Shown: piece after piece, positions 62,898-64,000 of the stretch
Layout of the letters: each line of letters starts with the position of its first letter
Position numbering within the stretch: position 1 is the first letter of the stretch
Source: an uncultured Verrucomicrobiae bacterium
GTDB lineage: Bacteria > Verrucomicrobiota > Verrucomicrobiia > Chthoniobacterales > JAFAMB01
DNA: 64,000 nt
Assembly: GCA_963813025.1 (NCBI GenBank)
Contig: CAWEXO010000014.1
Location: 128,001 to 192,000, forward strand
Direction: 5' to 3'
Notes under the pieces: model-generated
Seen by the model: the letters and a program-made list of their open reading frames with translations, nothing else
Told to the model about the DNA's origin: nothing
Database searches by the model: none
Program-made: the position numbers and the translations under genes

Positions 62898-63884
62898 TCA
62901 ATCGGTGAGTATGTTGAAGCCTGGCTTGCCGTGGGTCGCGGCGTTCACCGGCGCGTCGGTAATCACGAGCGTCGTGCCGGGCGTGATGAGCTGGCGGACG
63001 TCAGCGAGGAAACCGGGCGGGACCGCGGCTCGGTTCGCCAGGTCCTTGATATTCGGCGCGCGCCCGCCGACGCTCGCGGTGGAAGTCCAATCGCGCCGCC
63101 CGCTCGAGTCGACCGATCCCAGCGCGGAATAGACGTGCGAACCGGACACTCGGTCCAGGCCGTTGACCGGCGCACGACCGATCTCAACGCCGTTGCGATA
63201 GACATAGGCCGCGCGATCCCGCGTGCTCACGATGATCGAGATCGGTCCATTTGGCGCCTTCTCCGGTGTCCATTTGAAGCCGGTCGTCGTCGCGCCCGTT
63301 TTGCCGGAAAACAAAAGCCCCGGTTGGGTAGTAGTGGTCAGCCGGGAGTTGTTATCAGCGATAATCACTGTCGTTCCGAGCGTCGTAACCGAGTAGAGGT
63401 TCGCCGCAAAATCCACGGGCATCCGCACACATCCGGCCGAGGCCGGGTAGCCCGGCAAGTGCCCAGCGTGTAGCGCGATTCCAGTCCAAGTCAGCCGTTG
63501 CATGTGCGGCATCTTAGCACCTTTATAGATGCTTGATTCGTGACGGACCTTCTTTTGTAGCACCGTGAACACACCCGTGGGCGTGCGCTTACCGGCCTTC
63601 CCGGTGCTCACAGTCGAGCGTCCGATACGGACGCCGTTGCGGTACACATAGAGAACCTGATCGGGTAGGTTCACCAGGATGACCACCGGCCCGGCCGGCG
63701 AGACTTGCGGATGCCATACGTAATCGCCGGCCGTAAGAGTGGGCGTCAAAGGGGTGACCGCGCGGCCTTTGGTGTGACCCGGAGCGGCAGATGCTAACGC
63801 AATCGGCGGCAAGCTGAGTGTGGCGACAACGGATGCGATGAGGACGAAATGTTTTCGGCTTAGTATCTGGAGGTTAGTTGTCAT
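62898..63884 (-). CDS. L,D-transpeptidase (YkuD) family protein
   Basis: VSTGK, TPTGVF, GIALHAG, PASAGCVRMP (the usual His in S-H-G-C is Ala). Confidence 0.85.
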   Translation of the reverse strand: MTTNLQILSRKHFVLIASVVATLSLPPIALASAAPGHTKGRAVTPLTPTLTAGDYVWHPQVSPAGPVVILVNLPDQVLYVYRNGVRIGRSTVSTGKAGKRTPTGVFTVLQKKVRHESSIYKGAKMPHMQRLTWTGIALHAGHLPGYPASAGCVRMPVDFAANLYSVTTLGTTVIIADNNSRLTTTTQPGLLFSGKTGATTTGFKWTPEKAPNGPISIIVSTRDRAAYVYRNGVEIGRAPVNGLDRVSGSHVYSALGSVDSSGRRDWTSTASVGGRAPNIKDLANRAAVPPGFLADVRQLITPGTTLVITDAPVNAATHGKPGFNILTD

Positions 63885-64000
63885 GCGATTGTTGGCGCTC
63901 TAAAAATTCCACCTACGAGAAAAGTCAAACTTTTTCTTCTCCGGTTCCGAAAACGTTCTTCAGCATAAGGTGCAAGATGTCCTTCGAATCTTTGTCTTAC

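Noticed and set aside
31102..64000. Prophage or integrative element at tRNA-fMet
   Set aside because: No integrase, phage structural, conjugation or att-repeat evidence seen in the window.

Overview
GC-rich bacterial window; gene content and repeat style suggest a soil Verrucomicrobiota (Chthoniobacterales-like) genome, but that taxonomy is only an inference. 1-31 kb is mostly core and housekeeping genes: carA, a YcaQ-like glycosylase, a diadenylate-cyclase-domain protein, murJ, a glutamate dehydrogenase, treS-mak, panC, nadB, a Zn/Mn ABC transporter, kdgK/eda and an ArsS-like radical SAM gene. Their spacers hold several families of palindromic REP/MITE-like repeats. After tRNA-fMet (31025-31101) comes an accessory region rich in gene remnants. 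It contains an intact IS110 element, an IS3 remnant, a sugar/sugar-acid catabolic operon, a DUF2760-Hsp70-Hsp70 operon, an FAD/Fe-S oxidoreductase, a KirBac channel and an L,D-transpeptidase. The main finding is the IS110 element at 36614-37938, which sits in the CT core of a REP repeat. Its 5' non-coding region reads as a complete IS621-type bridge RNA whose target and donor guides match the actual insertion site and the element ends. Guide segments are duplicated, circularisation would create a promoter, and empty identical targets lie elsewhere in the window. Several frameshifts (murJ, gdh, an SDR, an Hsp70) may be assembly indels. No CRISPR array or rRNA was seen.
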